Part shown: piece after piece, positions 60,775-64,000 of the stretch
Position numbering within the stretch: position 1 is the stretch's first letter
Layout: every line of letters begins with the position of its first letter
Assembly: GCA_965153285.1 (NCBI GenBank)
Contig: OZ229119.1
Reading direction: 5' to 3' (one strand)
Source of the DNA: Podarcis tiliguerta
Taxonomy: Eukaryota
Length of the DNA stretch: 64,000 bases
Position numbers and translations under genes: made by a program
Notes under the pieces: model-generated
What the model was told of the DNA's origin: nothing
The model's database searches: none
The model's input: only the letters and a program-made list of their open reading frames with translations

Positions 60775-63170
60775 TAGAGATAGCAATTTGACCATCCAAC
60801 ATCTGCTTAAAAACCTGTAAAGAAGGAAATTCTACCACATCCTGAGAGAGTCTGTTCCACTGCTGAACAGCTCTTACTGTCAGAAAGTTTTTCTGAATGT
60901 TTAGTTGGAATCTCCTTTCTAGCAACTTGAAGCCGTTGGTTCGAGTCCTACCCTCCAGAGGAGGATGAAACATGCATGCCACCTCCTCCATGTGACAGCC
61001 CTCAAGATACATGAAGATGGCTATCATATCTACTCTCAGTCTCCTCTTTTCCAGGATAAACATAACCAGCTCCTTCAATAGCTCCTCATAAAGCTTGGTT
61101 TCCAGACATTTTATCATCTTGGTTACCCTCCTCGGCACATCTTCCAGCTTGTCAACATCCTTCTAAAATGGTGGTGTCCATAAGTGGACACAGTATTCCA
61201 AGTGTGGTCTGACCAAGGCAGAATAGAGTGGTACTATGACTTCCCTTGATCTAGACACCAGACTTCTATTGAAGCAGCCCGGAATAGCATTAGCATTTTT
61301 TGCTGCTGCATCACACTGTTGACTCATTTAAGCTTGTGGTCTGCTAAAACCTGGAGATCCTTTTCAGATGTACTACTGGCAAGTCAGGTGTCCCCCATCT
61401 GATTCTTCCTGTCTAAATGCAGAACCTTACACTTGTCCCTACTGAAATTCATTTTGTTAGCTTGTGCCCAGTTCTCCAATCTGTTAAGGTCATTTTGGAT
61501 TCTGAATCTATCTTCTGTGGCATTAGCTACCCCTCCCAGTTTGGTATCATCTGCAAATTTGATGAGCATCCTTCCAATTCCTTCATGCAAGATATTCATA
61601 AAGATGTTGAACAACAACAGACCCAGGACAGAACCCTGTGGCACCCCACTTGTCACTTTTTCCAGGATGACGAGGAACCATTAATGAATACTCTTTGAGT
61701 TCAGTCAGCCAACCAGCTACAAATCCACCTAACAGTTACTGAGGCATCTGATCAAAGATCTGTATTTTAAATAAGCTTAAAAATATATCTGTAGATGCTG
61801 GCTTCAGATGCTTGCTCCAGCCTTGGCAGATATTTATTTTTCTGAACAGGACCCCTCATTGATTTGTTGCAGTACTTCAAAGTTGTAAAAAGGAGCAAAA
61901 GCTGGGAACAAAGGTCATACAATTTACAGAATACAATCCAAGCTGCAAAAACATTAATTAGAGTTGGTAATTACTCAGACTCAGCCATATTTTCTCAAGG
62001 TTTAAGATATCCAGAGAAGGTTAAAGGAGCAAAGAGCTAAAAGCAACAACAGCTGGCGGGGGGGTGTAAATTGAAGGGTTTGCTTTAGAAACTGCTTTTT
62101 ATTAAGTTCTTTTTTCTTCTAAAAATCTATGTGTTATATATATATGAAATGTACTGACTTTAATGTAACTATATAAAGAATGTAGAAAGTAAGAGATGTT
62201 AGATTCTTATGTTAGATTCTTATTTCATTGATGGTGTGTGAGAAGGTGAACCCAAGACCTCTGTTTATATGACAAGATTTAAAACCATGAGCCATCTGTT
62301 TTAGCCATCTGTCCCTGTTGCCAAGGGCAGAAGAGCCAAGAGCAGAAGAGCAAAGGGCATAGGGGATCTGATAATTAAGATGCCTTGTCAAGACAAATGT
62401 AAGATATATGATAGAAGGAAATATAGCTCTTTGTCTCCCATAAAAGGTAATAGGAAATGGGTGTATCTTTTATGATTGGTTCTAGCAAACAGCCAATAGG
62501 AATTTCAACCAGGCTGATTGGACAGAGGCAGCCAAAGGAGGAGTAAGGAGGCTGGGCTGAGGGAATATAAGTGCTGGTCACCAGGGCTGGGGTGTGCAGA
62601 GCTTTTGGTAAATATACCACTGTGCCAATCATTTATTTGTCTGACAAATAAATTATTATTTTAATTTCTCTATTGCTGCGTTGAATATTTCATTCCAGCT
62701 AAGCGTTAACCACAAGCAGGGTGCTACATTACCTTGTTCAACCCACATTTTACCAGCTTCCTCACGAGAATATCATGGAGGACTTTGCCAAAAGCCTTAC
62801 TGAAATCAATATTCACAATGTCCACAGCATTCCCCTGATCCACCAAACTTGTAATTCTATCAAAAAAAGAAATATGATTCATCCATCATAACTTTTTGAG
62901 AAACCCATGCCAGGTCCTTTTCTAAGTGCTCACAGACCAACTGTTTTAGGACCATTCCTGGTATCAACATTAAGCCGACCAGCTGGTAGTTACCTGAGTG
63001 TCCCCCCTTTTTGAAGATGAGGACAACATTTGTCTGCCTCCCGTCCACATGGACCCCACCTGTTCTCCAAGAATTCTTGGAAGCTCTTGACAGAGGCTCT
63101 GAGATTATACCCGCAAACTACTTTAGTACCCTTGGGTTCAGCTCATCAAGCCCCAGAGATTTGAATTTCC
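60775..63170 (-). mobile_element. Degraded CR1 LINE (RT region and 3' end), split by a solo LTR
   Basis: Frame-broken ORF2 pieces: VLIFKKG..NYQLVGL, TSGVPQGSVLG...KFADDTKLGG, KCKVLHL and RFQLNIQKNFLTVRAVQQWNRL. The sequence is continuous across 61739/62733 once the insert is removed. Outer ends are approximate. Confidence 0.92.
61740..62728 (+). mobile_element. Solo LTR (989 bp, ERV-like) nested in the CR1
   Basis: Begins TG and ends CA. 4-bp TSD TTAC at 61736-61739 and 62729-62732. CCAAT/ATTGG boxes at 62475-62521, TATAA at 62566, AATAAA at 62647. Confidence 0.85.
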
Positions 63171-64000
63171 TACAAAGAGTTCAGGGCAGTGCTTTTGAAG
63201 CACAACAATCCTTTGAGGTAGACCATGTTTAGAGATAAGAACCTGCTTGTTGCCATTGAGTATGCATCATAATGCTGCCTGAGTTTAAACCAGGGGTGGG
63301 GAGCCTCTGGCCCACAAGCCTAGTCTCCCTGTTTGGTGCCTGAGGCCATTTTGACCAAGTCATGCCCACTTGGCTCAGCTGAAAGTGGGTTTGCAGACAC
63401 TTGGTTTGCCTGTGGAGCTTTTTCTGGAGCATTCTGCAAGACAGTGCGCTGAGAGGGCCTTCACACACTCCTCTCAGTTTTAAACCTTCATTTTCTACAT
63501 CCTACACCCAGACCTTCTTTTCTCACCCACTTTTTTTCTAAAACGGGCACTTAGCTACAAGTATTATCAGGTGGGATTCATCCCCTCCATCATCTCAAAT
63601 ATTATTCTGGATTGAAACATGGAAAACGCATATTGCATGTGTGATAGGTTGCACATTTATATGCAAGGCTCAACACAAATGCTGCTTCTTTTTAGCCAGA
63701 GATGGATGAAGGCTGGCAGAGAGAATGGAATAATCACATAGTCACCACTCACTGATCATTATTCTGCTATATATTTATTATCTCTGTTTGGATAGAGAGC
63801 AAATGGCACATTGTGAATGCAGATAAAACCAATCATTCATAAGCAGAGAGGCAGCAGCCACGGTTTGTTTGGGATATTTTAGATGGAAGGGATGACCTTT
63901 GACACTTGTGTAGCCTCAGTGAAATAAATGGAACTCGGGTGCACAAACTAACACTTAGTTTGCCATTATGATGTAATTAAGACTATTTCCCTGGAAAATC

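Overview
Vertebrate genomic DNA, most likely a squamate and probably a lacertid lizard (inferred from Sauria-type SINEs and CR1/L2-type repeats). The minus strand carries all five coding exons of metabotropic glutamate receptor 3 (GRM3): 44126-43665, 36688-35833, 10623-9557, 8523-8349 and 6442-6369. All introns are GT-AG and the spliced product is 877 aa. The non-coding first exon was not found and probably lies beyond the right edge. The main discovery is a young, intact 6.56-kb Ty3/Gypsy chromovirus of the Tf1/sushi type (18588-25145), inserted antisense in GRM3 intron 3. It has 751-bp LTRs differing at only 2 positions and an ACATG target-site duplication. Three unusual features are readable in its sequence. 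(1) The Pol ORF runs through the polypurine tract and 83% of the 3' LTR, so U3, the TATA box and the predicted start site all also encode protein. (2) It has no tRNA primer-binding site; an 11-nt site instead pairs with the predicted first 11 nt of its own RNA (self-priming). (3) It has a G-TTA-AAC -1 frameshift site followed by a predicted 11-bp/6-bp H-type pseudoknot. The rest of the window is intronic, with CR1, L2-like and L1/Tx1-like fragments, SINEs, MITEs, solo LTRs (one nested inside a CR1) and microsatellites. All calls come from reading the sequence by eye; no database searches were run.
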